In this document: positions 20,782 to 29,458 of the stretch, piece by piece
How the letters are laid out: the number at the start of each line of letters is the position of its first letter
Numbering within the stretch: the first letter of the stretch is position 1
DNA from: an uncultured Acidobacteriota bacterium
GTDB lineage: Bacteria; Acidobacteriota; Thermoanaerobaculia; UBA5066; Gp7-AA6
Assembly (NCBI GenBank): GCA_963764715.1
Contig: CAVXTP010000017.1
Span: forward strand, 65,524 to 129,523
Direction: 5' to 3'
Length of the DNA: 64,000 bases
Notes under the pieces: model-generated
Database searches by the model: none
Seen by the model: only the letters and a program-made list of their open reading frames with translations
What the model was told of the DNA's origin: nothing
Program-made: the position numbers and the translations under genes

Positions 20782-22299
20782 CTAGTTCCCCTTGAGGATG
20801 TCGATCGACCCGTTCGAGTCGGTCAGCGTCAGCGGACACTTGCCGTCGCCGATGCGCCCGTTGAGGCTCTCGCCCGAGACCGAGCCGGCCACGGTCAGCG
20901 GCAGCTCGGTCTTGATCTTGCCGAACGACGTCCTCGCCTCGACCGTGTAGCCCGCGCCTTCCGGCAGGCGGACCGTGATCGGGCCGAACGAGGTCCGCAG
21001 GGAAACGGGCTGGCAGGCGCCGCCCTTGCCACCGGCGGCGCGCACCTCGATGCCGCCGTTGGAGTTGTCGACGTCGATCTTGCCGTCGACGTCCTGGAGC
21101 CAGACCGAGCCGAACGAGGTCCGTACCTGCGCTCCGCCCCGAATCCCCTGCGCCTTGATGGCGCCGTTGGAGTTCTCGACCGTCAGGTCGCCCGTGACGC
21201 GGTTCGCCTCGGCCGGACCGAAGCTCGTCTTGAGGAAGGCGCCGCCCAGGACGTCCGTCGCCGACACGGGTGCGTTCTCGGCCACGATCCGGAGGCCCTT
21301 CTTCACGTTGGAGGCCGCGACCCGCGCGAAGGAGCCTCGCAGCTCGGCCGTTCCGGCCACGTCGTTGACCGAGATGGCCCCGTTCGAATTCGTCACGGAC
21401 ACGTCGCCGCCGAGGGCCGACATGACGACGCTCCCGAAGGACGAGCGCACGGTTGCCGGGCCCTTGATCGTGTCCGCGCTGACGGCGCCGTTGGAGTTCT
21501 CGACCTCGAGCGAGGACGACAGGTTGCGCGCCTCCACGCTGCCGAACGAGTTGGTGACCGACACCGGCCCCTTCGCGTCGTTGACGCTGACCGCGCCGTT
21601 GGAGCCCGAGATCGTCAGCTTTCCCAGGATCCGCGCGGCCGAGATCGGGCCGAAGCGGTTGCGGACCTGGGCGGCACCCGCGACGTCGTTGACCCCGATG
21701 CTCCCGTTCGAGCCGCTGATCTCGACGTTGCCCGCGTTCGACGTCAGCTCGATCGCGCCGAAGGCGTTCTCGATCTTCTGGTCTCCGCGTCCGTTGCGGA
21801 AGAGAACCTTGCCATTGGCGTTGGTGATCGCGCCGGCGGCCTTCAGGCCTTCGACCGACACGTCGCCGAATTTGTTGCGCGCCGACAACGGCATCGTTTC
21901 CGGCAGGACGATCTCGAAGTCGACGGAGTAGGACACGAACCCGGAGCCCGAGAACCTCCACTTCTTCTCGGGGTACTTCGTTCTGACGACGATCGCCGCG
22001 GCCGTCTCCTCGACCGAGATCGCGATCCCGTCGCCGAACGCCTTCGCCTCGCCGCTCGCGGACGTCGAGACCGCGACGTGCGCGCGGATCCGGACCTCGG
22101 GCAGCGCATGCGTCGTGATCCGCACCGCGCCCTGGCTGTGATCGATTTCGAAGCGCTGGCCGGGCTTGACGGCGAGCGTCTTCGAGAAGTCGCGCTCGTA
22201 GTCGTCGCGGGCCTCGCGGCTCGCGGCGGACAGCGCGGGGGCGAGCGCGGCGAAGGCCAGGAGGGCGGCCGCGGCCCATCGGGAAGGACGAGCGTTCAT
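20782..22299 (-). CDS. DUF4097-type putative adhesin / beta-repeat protein (SNG(A/S)I...V repeat units), secreted
   Basis: Signal peptide MNARPSRWAAAALLAFAALAPALSAA. About 12 tandem ~20-aa repeats of the SNGAISV / SFGSV type. Start at 22299, overlapping the anti-sigma stop. Confidence 0.7.
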   Translation of the reverse strand: MNARPSRWAAAALLAFAALAPALSAASREARDDYERDFSKTLAVKPGQRFEIDHSQGAVRITTHALPEVRIRAHVAVSTSASGEAKAFGDGIAISVEETAAAIVVRTKYPEKKWRFSGSGFVSYSVDFEIVLPETMPLSARNKFGDVSVEGLKAAGAITNANGKVLFRNGRGDQKIENAFGAIELTSNAGNVEISGSNGSIGVNDVAGAAQVRNRFGPISAARILGKLTISGSNGAVSVNDAKGPVSVTNSFGSVEARNLSSSLEVENSNGAVSADTIKGPATVRSSFGSVVMSALGGDVSVTNSNGAISVNDVAGTAELRGSFARVAASNVKKGLRIVAENAPVSATDVLGGAFLKTSFGPAEANRVTGDLTVENSNGAIKAQGIRGGAQVRTSFGSVWLQDVDGKIDVDNSNGGIEVRAAGGKGGACQPVSLRTSFGPITVRLPEGAGYTVEARTSFGKIKTELPLTVAGSVSGESLNGRIGDGKCPLTLTDSNGSIDILKGN

Positions 22300-22961
22300 G
22301 ACTTGACCTCTTTCATCAGATCCTGCAGGGTGCGCTGCTTCTCGCGGTACGCGGCGAGCAGCTCCCGGCGCAGGTGGGTGTTGTAGCGGTTCTGTTCGAT
22401 CGACGATTTCAGGTCCGCGATCGCGGAGTCGAGGACCGCGAGCTTCTCGCGGTAGTTCAGGGCGAGCGGGGAGCTCGCGGCCTGGAGCTTCGGCGCGGCC
22501 AGGCGGGACAGTTTCTCGATCGACTCGACGTAGCCCTTCTCGGCCGCTTCGACCTCGTCGGCGGCGGCGTCGGCGAGGATGGGATCGCGGGTCGTCTCCC
22601 AGCGGCTGGCGAGCGGGTCGCGCCCGCCGCTGTTGCGGAAGACCCACAGGCCCGCGGTCGCGATCGCGAAGAGAGCGATGAGGGCGCCGGCCGGAAGGAG
22701 CCGGAGCCACGACGTCGACGGCACGGACTCGGATCCGGCCGGCTTCGCGGACTCCTCGGCCAGGCGCTGCCGGATCGAGGGCCAGAGCTCCGGGGAGGAC
22801 CACCGGACCCGCAGGGACGGCGCGGCGGCCGAGAGGCGGCGCCATTCCGCGAGCTCGCCGGCGCAGGCGGCGCAATCCCGCGCGTGCTCTTCGACGGCTT
22901 CGAGGAGCCCCGGGGCGCCGCTTTCGAGCGCCCGTTCGAGATCGCGGCACGCGGCTTTCAC
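22296..22961 (-). CDS. Anti-sigma factor (zinc-finger HxxxCxxC-type N-terminus, one TM helix)
   Basis: The GTG at 22961 overlaps the sigma stop. The N-terminus has HARDCAACAGEL, a TM segment LRLLPAGALIALFAIATAGLWVF and a C-terminal coiled region. Confidence 0.65.
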   Translation of the reverse strand: MKAACRDLERALESGAPGLLEAVEEHARDCAACAGELAEWRRLSAAAPSLRVRWSSPELWPSIRQRLAEESAKPAGSESVPSTSWLRLLPAGALIALFAIATAGLWVFRNSGGRDPLASRWETTRDPILADAAADEVEAAEKGYVESIEKLSRLAAPKLQAASSPLALNYREKLAVLDSAIADLKSSIEQNRYNTHLRRELLAAYREKQRTLQDLMKEVKS

Positions 22962-23521
22962 GGGGCCTCCGGCGGGAGAAACGCGCCCGCGGCCGAAAGC
23001 GTCTTCTGCAGCCGCCGCTTGGCGCGAAACAGCAGGCCCCGGGAAGCCGCCTCGGGCACCTCGAGGATCTCGCCGGCTTCGCGATGCGAGAGGCCCTCGA
23101 CCTCGCAGAGGAGAAACGCCGCCCGTTCGCGGGCGTCGAGGCGCGCGAGCGCCGCCTCGATCGCCAGTCGCAGCGCAGGATCCGTGTCGCGGACCGGCTC
23201 CTGCGCGATCGTCTCCGGCAGCGGGCCCTCCGCGCGGCGTCGGTTCTTGCGCATCAGGTCGTAGCAGGTGTTGACGAGGATGCGGTAGAGCCAGGTCGAG
23301 AGACTCGCGCCGCCGCGAAAGCCGGGCGCGGCCCGGTAGGCTTTGAGCATCGCCTCCTGGACCGCGTCTTCGGCGTCGGCGGCGTTGCCGAGAAGATTGG
23401 CTGCGATCGACTTCATCCGGTCTCCGTGCTCCGTGAAGAGCCATTCGAAGGCGGGCAGGCGGCCTGCTCGTAGACCCTCGAGAAGCTCCCCTTCGCCGGG
23501 CCGGACGTCGCTGCCTGACAG
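22958..23521 (-). CDS. RNA polymerase ECF (sigma-24/sigma-E type) sigma factor, probably with a non-canonical CTG start
   Basis: Region 2 (DAEDAVQEAMLKAYRA...STWLYRILVNTCYDLMRK) and region 4 (LSHREAGEILEVPEAASRGLLFRAKRRL) are present. The first ATG (23416) lies inside region 2.1. The in-frame extension to CTG at 23521 restores the typical N-terminus and has AAGGAG 6 nt upstream. Confidence 0.75.
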   Translation of the reverse strand: MSGSDVRPGEGELLEGLRAGRLPAFEWLFTEHGDRMKSIAANLLGNAADAEDAVQEAMLKAYRAAPGFRGGASLSTWLYRILVNTCYDLMRKNRRRAEGPLPETIAQEPVRDTDPALRLAIEAALARLDARERAAFLLCEVEGLSHREAGEILEVPEAASRGLLFRAKRRLQKTLSAAGAFLPPEAP

Positions 23522-23626
23522 GACGAACTCCTTTGCCGTCTGTGCGATGCGAACGATACACCTGCCTCCGGTCCGGTCGAAGGAACCATTCCCGGCTACT
23601 TGGACGTCGGCCGGGGGCGTTTCGTT

Positions 23627-23732
23627 CGTGGGGTCAGGTCTTCAAATTTCGGATTTCGCCGTGGGGATCGACCCTGGCCATCGAGACCGGCGGCCAGGTT
23701 GAAAAATCCGAAAAATGAAGACCTGACCCCCG
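23627..23732. promoter_or_regulatory. Large imperfect palindrome (~30-bp arms, ~40-nt spacer) in the divergent sigma / phosphatase intergenic region
   Basis: GGGGTCAGGTCTTCAaaTTTCGGATTT ... AAATCCGAAaaaTGAAGACCTGACCCC. The outer 15 bp are perfect inverted repeats. Confidence 0.6.
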
Positions 23733-23744
23733 CTATAAGGGGCC

Positions 23745-24248
23745 ATGCGCCGGGTCGTTCTGCTCGCCGCCGTCATCGCGATTTCGGGTGCCGCGCAGGC
23801 GGCCGCCCAGCAGGTCGTCTTCGTCGTCCGTCACGCGGAGAAGATTTCGGACGAGGACGAGCGGTTGACGGAGGCCGGGCGCGCCCGGGCCGCGCGCCTG
23901 GCCGGGATGCTGCGGCGCTCGGGGATCACGGCGATCTACTCGACCGACACCGAGCGCACGCTCGGCACGGCGCGGCCGCTCGCCGACGCGCTCGGAATCA
24001 AAATCGCCATCTACGAAGCGAAGGCGATGAGCGGCCGCGTGGATTCCGCGGCCCTCGTCGAGCGGCTGCGCCGCGAGGCGCCCCGCGGCACGGTGCTCGT
24101 CGTCGGCCACAGCAACACGGTCCCGTCGCTTCTCGCGGCGCTCGGCTGCGGGGAGACCGTCTCGATCGGCAACGACGAGTACGACAACCTGTTCGTCGTC
24201 ATCCCGAAGGAGACCGGAAGAGCGACCCTCGTGCGGCTGAGGTACTAG
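23745..24248 (+). CDS. Histidine-phosphatase-superfamily protein (SixA/phosphoglycerate-mutase-like), secreted
   Basis: Signal peptide followed by the RHAEK catalytic motif (VVFVVRHAEK) and a downstream GHSNT (His). Confidence 0.75.
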   Translation: MRRVVLLAAVIAISGAAQAAAQQVVFVVRHAEKISDEDERLTEAGRARAARLAGMLRRSGITAIYSTDTERTLGTARPLADALGIKIAIYEAKAMSGRVDSAALVERLRREAPRGTVLVVGHSNTVPSLLAALGCGETVSIGNDEYDNLFVVIPKETGRATLVRLRY

Positions 24249-24262
24249 CGGCGGTTGCGCTT

Positions 24263-26455
24263 CTACTGAAGCGAGAACGTCTTGACGATGAACACCGCCA
24301 TCTGGCCACGGGTGCTGTTGGCCGAAGGACAGTAGAGCGGAGGGCTGGCGGAGCAACCGCCCGTCACGCCCTCGGCCGCGAGCTGTTCGATCCAGTCGGC
24401 GAACGGCGACGGACAGGCGACGTCGTCGAAGGTCCCGGCGCAGGGTGGAGGCGCGAATCCCGATCCGTGCTCGCCCTTCATGAGGAAGACGGCCATCTGG
24501 TCCCGTCGCACCGGATCTTGCGGGCAGAACTTCCCGCCGCCGCAGCCGCCCGTGATTCCCTCGGCGGCCATCTGCTCGATCCACGGCGCGAACGACGATG
24601 AACACGGCACGTCGGAGAACACGCCCTGGCAAGGCGGCGGCGCGTAGCAGAGCCCGTGCTCCGCCTTGAGGATGAACACCGCCATCTGCTGCCGCAGCGT
24701 CGGTTGATTGACACCGTACATGCCTCCTCCGACGCCGGCGGTGATTCCGTTGGACACGAGCGTCGTGACGAACGCGTAGAACTGCGTACCGGAGTCGACG
24801 TCGAGGAAGTTCGAGACCCAGCCCTTGACCAGCGTCCCGCTCGTGCCGTCCGTGTTCGTCACGACGAGATCGTTGACGGTCCCGGCCGCCAGGATCGGAC
24901 TCGTGGCGTTGATCTGACCTCCGTTGACGACGTTGACGCCCGTCGCCGCCTGGCCGCCGATCGTCACCGCCGCGCCCGCGGCGAAGTCCGTCCCGAAGAT
25001 CGTGATCGGGATACCGACGGTGGGCGGACCCGACGGGGGCGAGACCGAGAACGGCAGGCGCTGCGAGAACTCGGAGGTCCGGCCGGTCGCGTGGTTGGTC
25101 GCCGTCATGCTGATTCGGGCGCCCGCCTCGGTCGCGACGGGGAGCGTGGTGTCGATCGACACCGTTCCCGCGCCGTCGGTCGTGACCTGGTCCGAGCCCA
25201 GGTAGGTCTTCCCCTCGTCGAAATCACGGGGGAAGTTCGAGCATGCCGGGTTCGAATAAAAATCGATGTCGTACATCGTCGAAGCCAGCGAGTGCAGCGC
25301 GGCCTGGACGTGCGTGGTCGCTCCCGTCGTGACCGACTTCAGGAGCGGGAAGTTCTGGATGCCGTCCACGTCGCCGGGGTCGTTCCTGGTGACCCCGTCG
25401 GACAGCATGTCGATGCCGAGGCCCGAGAAGCCGGGGTCTCCCCCGTTGCCATAGATGGAGTTGCCCCGGATCGTGCCGCCGCTGAAGACGCTTCCGATCA
25501 CGCCGATGCGCGTCATACCCGTCACGATGTTGCCCTCGCCGGGATTGACGCCGCCGACGATGGCGTCGATGCCGGGATCGATGCCGTAGGCGGTCGCGGG
25601 GGGAAACACGACGGTTCCGCTGGCGTCGACGCCGATCCGGTTGCCCTGGATTACCGTGCCGTCACACTGCGCCTGGATCGCCGCCCCCCGAAAGCCGGCG
25701 ATGACATTGCCGAGGACCGAGTTCGTGGCGGCGGCGGCCGAGCAGGACCCCAGGGTCACGCCGGTGCTCGTCGGAGCCTGCGTCAGCGCGACCGTGCCGG
25801 TCGAGTCCGTGCCCATCAGGTTGTTCTGGACGACGAATCCACTCGGGTTGCTCGAGTGCGCCGCGGAATACGCCGAGCCGATGACGTTGCGCTGCGCGAG
25901 CGCCGGGCCCCCGACGGTGCCCGAAATCATGTCGACGCCGACGTGGTTCCCCGAGGCCGTCAGCCCCGAGGCGTCGATTCCGATGAAGCAGCCCTCGACA
26001 TGCGCGGCCACCTCGTCGAAGCACACGACGGCCTCGTTGAATCCCCCGTTGATCACGAGACCCCGGACCGTTCCCCCGTTGATCCCGAAGATGATGCCGT
26101 CGGCATTCGGAATATTGGCTGCCGAGAGGACGATTTTCAGGACGGCGTTCGAGCCGAAGGTCGCCGTGTTCACGGACGCGCCCGGCTGGGTGTACCCGTC
26201 GATCGTCGCGATGTCGTTGACACCGGGCAGCTGCGAGGTCGGCGCGATCGTGCACACGCCCGAGCCGTCGCAGCCGGCTCCGGTGACGTTGAACGCGACC
26301 GTGTCGGCGCCGGCGTTCGCGTTCGCGTCGAGGATCGCCTGCCGGAGCGAGCCGGCCCCTGCGTCGTTCGTGTTCGTGACGGTGAACGTGGCCGCGGAGA
26401 GTCTCGCGGCGACGATCACTCCCGCAGCGATGCACAGGCAGAGCGCGACTTTCAC
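24263..26455 (-). CDS. Secreted right-handed beta-helix protein with three C-terminal Cys-rich SLH-like repeats (paralog A)
   Basis: GTG at 26455 preceded by GGAGG. Signal peptide VKVALCLCIAAGVIVAARLSAA. Central Gly/Asn/Thr-rich parallel-beta-helix repeats. The C-terminus has 3x [F.DV...F..(W)IE.(L/M)AAEG(I/V)TGGC...(F/Y)CP....TR.QMAVF..K]. Confidence 0.7.
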   Translation of the reverse strand: MKVALCLCIAAGVIVAARLSAATFTVTNTNDAGAGSLRQAILDANANAGADTVAFNVTGAGCDGSGVCTIAPTSQLPGVNDIATIDGYTQPGASVNTATFGSNAVLKIVLSAANIPNADGIIFGINGGTVRGLVINGGFNEAVVCFDEVAAHVEGCFIGIDASGLTASGNHVGVDMISGTVGGPALAQRNVIGSAYSAAHSSNPSGFVVQNNLMGTDSTGTVALTQAPTSTGVTLGSCSAAAATNSVLGNVIAGFRGAAIQAQCDGTVIQGNRIGVDASGTVVFPPATAYGIDPGIDAIVGGVNPGEGNIVTGMTRIGVIGSVFSGGTIRGNSIYGNGGDPGFSGLGIDMLSDGVTRNDPGDVDGIQNFPLLKSVTTGATTHVQAALHSLASTMYDIDFYSNPACSNFPRDFDEGKTYLGSDQVTTDGAGTVSIDTTLPVATEAGARISMTATNHATGRTSEFSQRLPFSVSPPSGPPTVGIPITIFGTDFAAGAAVTIGGQAATGVNVVNGGQINATSPILAAGTVNDLVVTNTDGTSGTLVKGWVSNFLDVDSGTQFYAFVTTLVSNGITAGVGGGMYGVNQPTLRQQMAVFILKAEHGLCYAPPPCQGVFSDVPCSSSFAPWIEQMAAEGITGGCGGGKFCPQDPVRRDQMAVFLMKGEHGSGFAPPPCAGTFDDVACPSPFADWIEQLAAEGVTGGCSASPPLYCPSANSTRGQMAVFIVKTFSLQ

Positions 26456-26481
26456 GAAACCTCCTCGTGTCGTTGGAACTC

Positions 26482-28641
26482 TCAAAACGACAGACCGAAC
26501 GTCTTGACCATGAACACGGCCATCTGGCCGCGGGTGTTGTTGTTGCCCGGGCAGTAGTTGCCTCCCCCGCAGCCTCCGGTGATGTTCTCGGCCGCGAGGC
26601 GCTCGATCCAGTCCGCGAAGGTCGACGGGCAGGGAACGTCGCCGAAGACCCCCACGCAGGCCGGCGGCACGTAGCTCGATCCGTGCTCTCCCTTGAGGAG
26701 GAACACCGCCATCTGGTCGCGCCGCACCGGGTTCTGCGGGCAGAACTTCCCGCCGCCGCAGCCGCCGGTGATCCCTTCGGCGGACATGGCCTCGATCCAC
26801 GCCGCGAAACTGGACGGGCAGGGCACGTCGGAGAACGTGCCCGCACACGGCGGCGGCGTGTAGCACAGCCCGTGCTTGGCCTTCAGCAGGAAGACCGCTA
26901 TCTGCTGGCGCAGCGTCGGGTTGTCGACGCCATAAAGCCCGCCGCCGATGCCGACCGTGATCGCGTTCGAGACGAGGCCGGTGACGTAGAAGTAGAACTG
27001 GTTGCCGGAATCCACGTCGAGGAAGTTCGAGACCCAGCCCTTCACGAGGGTCCCCGACGTTCCATTGGTGTTCGTGACGACGAGGTCGTTGACGGAACCG
27101 GGCGTCAACGCCGGAGTCCCGCCGGTGATCTGGTTGAAGCCGTTGACCGAGATGTCCGTCGCCGGCTGGCCGCCGACCGTCACCGTCGCGCCGGCCTCGA
27201 AATCGGTGCCGGCGATCGTCATCCCGTTTCCGGCCGCGGCGGGGCCGGCGGCCGGCGTCACCGAGAAGGGCAGGCGCTGCGAGAACTCCGAGGTCCTTCC
27301 GCCGGGCGTCGTCGCCGTGACCGAGATCCGCGCGCCCGCCGCCGTCGCCACGGGCAGCGAGACGTCGAAGGACCCGACGCCCGCGCCGTCCGTCGTGACC
27401 TGGCTCGAGCCGAGATACGTCTCCCCTTCGAGGAACTCCCGCGGGAAGTTCGAGCACGCCGCGTTCGAGTAGAAGTCGAGGTCGAACACCGTGGACGGCG
27501 TCGAGTGCAGCAGGCCCTGAACGTGCGTCGGGTTGCCGGTCGTCACCGACTTCAGGACCGGAAAGTTCTGGATGCCGTCCGCCTCGGCCAGATCGTTCGG
27601 CGTTGCCCCGTCGTTGCCCACGTCGATCCCGAGGCCCGCGTTGTCGTGGATGGAGTTGCCGCGGATCGTCACGCCGTCCACGACGTTCACGAAGATTCCG
27701 TTCCCGGAGCTGTACGCGATGATGTTGCCCTGGCCGGTCCCGATCCCCCCGATGGTGACATCGTCGTTCATCACGGTGATCGCGCCCGGCCCCGTGCCGA
27801 GCGGCAGAGTTCCCGTCACGTCCGTGCCGAGCTTGTTGCCCTGGATCACGGTTCCGAGCCCCGCGCCGTCGATCAGGCTGAATTCGGCGGCGGCCATGAC
27901 GTTGTCGCGGATCGTGACGCTCGGCGACGCACCGGCGACGGCGGTGCCGGGACCGATGGCCGAGGTTCCCGCCGCGTCGGTTCCGAAGAGGTTGTTCCGC
28001 ACCAGCAGGCCGGGCTGCCCTTCACACTCGATGTGATAGATCGTCGCGGCGGCGAAGAGATTCCGATCGGCCGGGTTCGGGCCGCCGACGACCGTCCCGG
28101 ACCCCACCACGTCGACGACCGAGACGGCGGTCGGATCGGCCGTGTGCCCGTCCGGCGCGACACCGAAGAAGCAGCCCGTGATGTGGGTGTCCGTTCCGCC
28201 CAGGATGTCGATGGCCGGATGCCAGTCCTTCCGGAAGACGAGGCCCCGCACGGTCGCCGGGCCCGTCACCGTGAAACAGAGCTGGTTCGAGAGGTTGACC
28301 GCCGAGAGGACGATCTTCAGGACCGCGTTCGTGCCCTGCGCGAGCGTGTTGACCGAGGCCCCCGGCTGGGTGTAGCCGTCGATCGTGACGGGGTCGGTGA
28401 CGTTGACCAAAGGATTGAGCGGCGCGATCGTGCAGACGCCGCTGCCGTCGCAGCCCGAATCGGACCCCGGAATGTTGAACGCGATCGTGTCGGCGCCGGC
28501 GTTGTTGTCGGCGTCGATGATCGCCTGCCGGAACGAGCCCGCGCCCGAGTCGTTGGTGTTGGTCACCGTGAACGTCGCCGCCGAGAGATTCGAGATCAGG
28601 AGAACGCCCGAGGCGAGGCCGACGCCGAGTCGATGTCTCAT
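26482..28641 (-). CDS. Secreted right-handed beta-helix protein with three C-terminal Cys-rich SLH-like repeats (paralog B)
   Basis: ATG at 28641 (MRHRLGVGLASGVLLISNLSAA). Same architecture as paralog A with high identity (shared AATFTVTNTND..AGAGS..QAI.DA.N.AGADT.AFN and C-terminal repeats). Confidence 0.7.
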   Translation of the reverse strand: MRHRLGVGLASGVLLISNLSAATFTVTNTNDSGAGSFRQAIIDADNNAGADTIAFNIPGSDSGCDGSGVCTIAPLNPLVNVTDPVTIDGYTQPGASVNTLAQGTNAVLKIVLSAVNLSNQLCFTVTGPATVRGLVFRKDWHPAIDILGGTDTHITGCFFGVAPDGHTADPTAVSVVDVVGSGTVVGGPNPADRNLFAAATIYHIECEGQPGLLVRNNLFGTDAAGTSAIGPGTAVAGASPSVTIRDNVMAAAEFSLIDGAGLGTVIQGNKLGTDVTGTLPLGTGPGAITVMNDDVTIGGIGTGQGNIIAYSSGNGIFVNVVDGVTIRGNSIHDNAGLGIDVGNDGATPNDLAEADGIQNFPVLKSVTTGNPTHVQGLLHSTPSTVFDLDFYSNAACSNFPREFLEGETYLGSSQVTTDGAGVGSFDVSLPVATAAGARISVTATTPGGRTSEFSQRLPFSVTPAAGPAAAGNGMTIAGTDFEAGATVTVGGQPATDISVNGFNQITGGTPALTPGSVNDLVVTNTNGTSGTLVKGWVSNFLDVDSGNQFYFYVTGLVSNAITVGIGGGLYGVDNPTLRQQIAVFLLKAKHGLCYTPPPCAGTFSDVPCPSSFAAWIEAMSAEGITGGCGGGKFCPQNPVRRDQMAVFLLKGEHGSSYVPPACVGVFGDVPCPSTFADWIERLAAENITGGCGGGNYCPGNNNTRGQMAVFMVKTFGLSF

Positions 28642-28757
28642 GGGACCTCCGTCGTGCGGGGATCGGCGGCAATCTAGGGGCCGGAGGCGGCTCCGGAAAT
28701 AGCATGGCCATGCGGTCCGGCCGCGAGCACGATCGGTGCGATTCCGGGGACGGGCGC

Positions 28758-29423
28758 CTACTCGATCAAGCCGCGCCGCAGCCCGCGGCTCACGGCCTCG
28801 GACTTCGAGTGCACGTGGAGCTTGTCGTAGACGCTCCGCACGTGGTCCCGGACCGTGTTGATCGACACGCCCAGCCGATCCGCGCAGGTCTGGTAGCTGT
28901 GCCCCTCCGCCAGCAGACGCAGGAGACTTCGCTCCTGGGCCGTCAGGGGCGACTCTCCCGGAGGCCGCGCCGGCGAACGCTGGAAGTGCTCGACCATCCG
29001 GCGGGCGATCTCGGGCGACAGCGGGGAGCCGCCGCTCCATGCCTGGCGCACCGCTTCCGCGATCTGCGCCGGGGGCGTCTTCTTGAGGAGGTACCCGCAG
29101 GCGCCGTTGCGGATCGACGCGAAGACCTGCTCCTCTTCCTCGTACACCGTCAGCATCAGGACCCGCGTTTCGGGGAAACGATCGCGGATGACCGCGACGC
29201 CCTCGACGCCGGACATGCCCGGGAGATGGATGTCGAGAAGGAGCACGTCGCAGGGAGCCGCGTCGAGCCTCGCGACGGCCTCTTCGACGGACGGAAAGGC
29301 GCCGACGCAGGCGAGCCCCGGCGAGCGGTCGAGGATCGCGCCGAGACCCTCGCGGATCAGGCGCTTGTCCTCGACGAGGGCCACGCGGATCCGGCTCGGA
29401 GGCGGCGTCGGCATCGAACGCAT
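28758..29423 (-). CDS. Two-component response regulator, NarL/FixJ (LuxR-HTH) family
   Basis: REC domain (VALVEDKRLIREGL...DVLLLDIHLPGMSG) plus C-terminal LuxR HTH (LTAQERSLLRLLAEGHSYQTCADRLGVSINTVRDHVRSVYDKL). Confidence 0.85.
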   Translation of the reverse strand: MRSMPTPPPSRIRVALVEDKRLIREGLGAILDRSPGLACVGAFPSVEEAVARLDAAPCDVLLLDIHLPGMSGVEGVAVIRDRFPETRVLMLTVYEEEEQVFASIRNGACGYLLKKTPPAQIAEAVRQAWSGGSPLSPEIARRMVEHFQRSPARPPGESPLTAQERSLLRLLAEGHSYQTCADRLGVSINTVRDHVRSVYDKLHVHSKSEAVSRGLRRGLIE

Positions 29424-29458
29424 CCTCCGGCGCTACGCGGCCGGCCGCAACCGCATCC

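Noticed and set aside
17541-22279. Very long minus-strand ORFs 17541..19790 and 19478..22279 (749 and 933 aa)
   Set aside because: They are Arg-rich antisense read-throughs opposite the esterase, membrane-protein and DUF4097 genes.
24656-28677. Plus-strand ORFs 24656..26557 and 26467..28677 (633 and 736 aa)
   Set aside because: They are antisense to the two beta-helix paralog genes and have Arg/Asp/Gly-rich junk composition.
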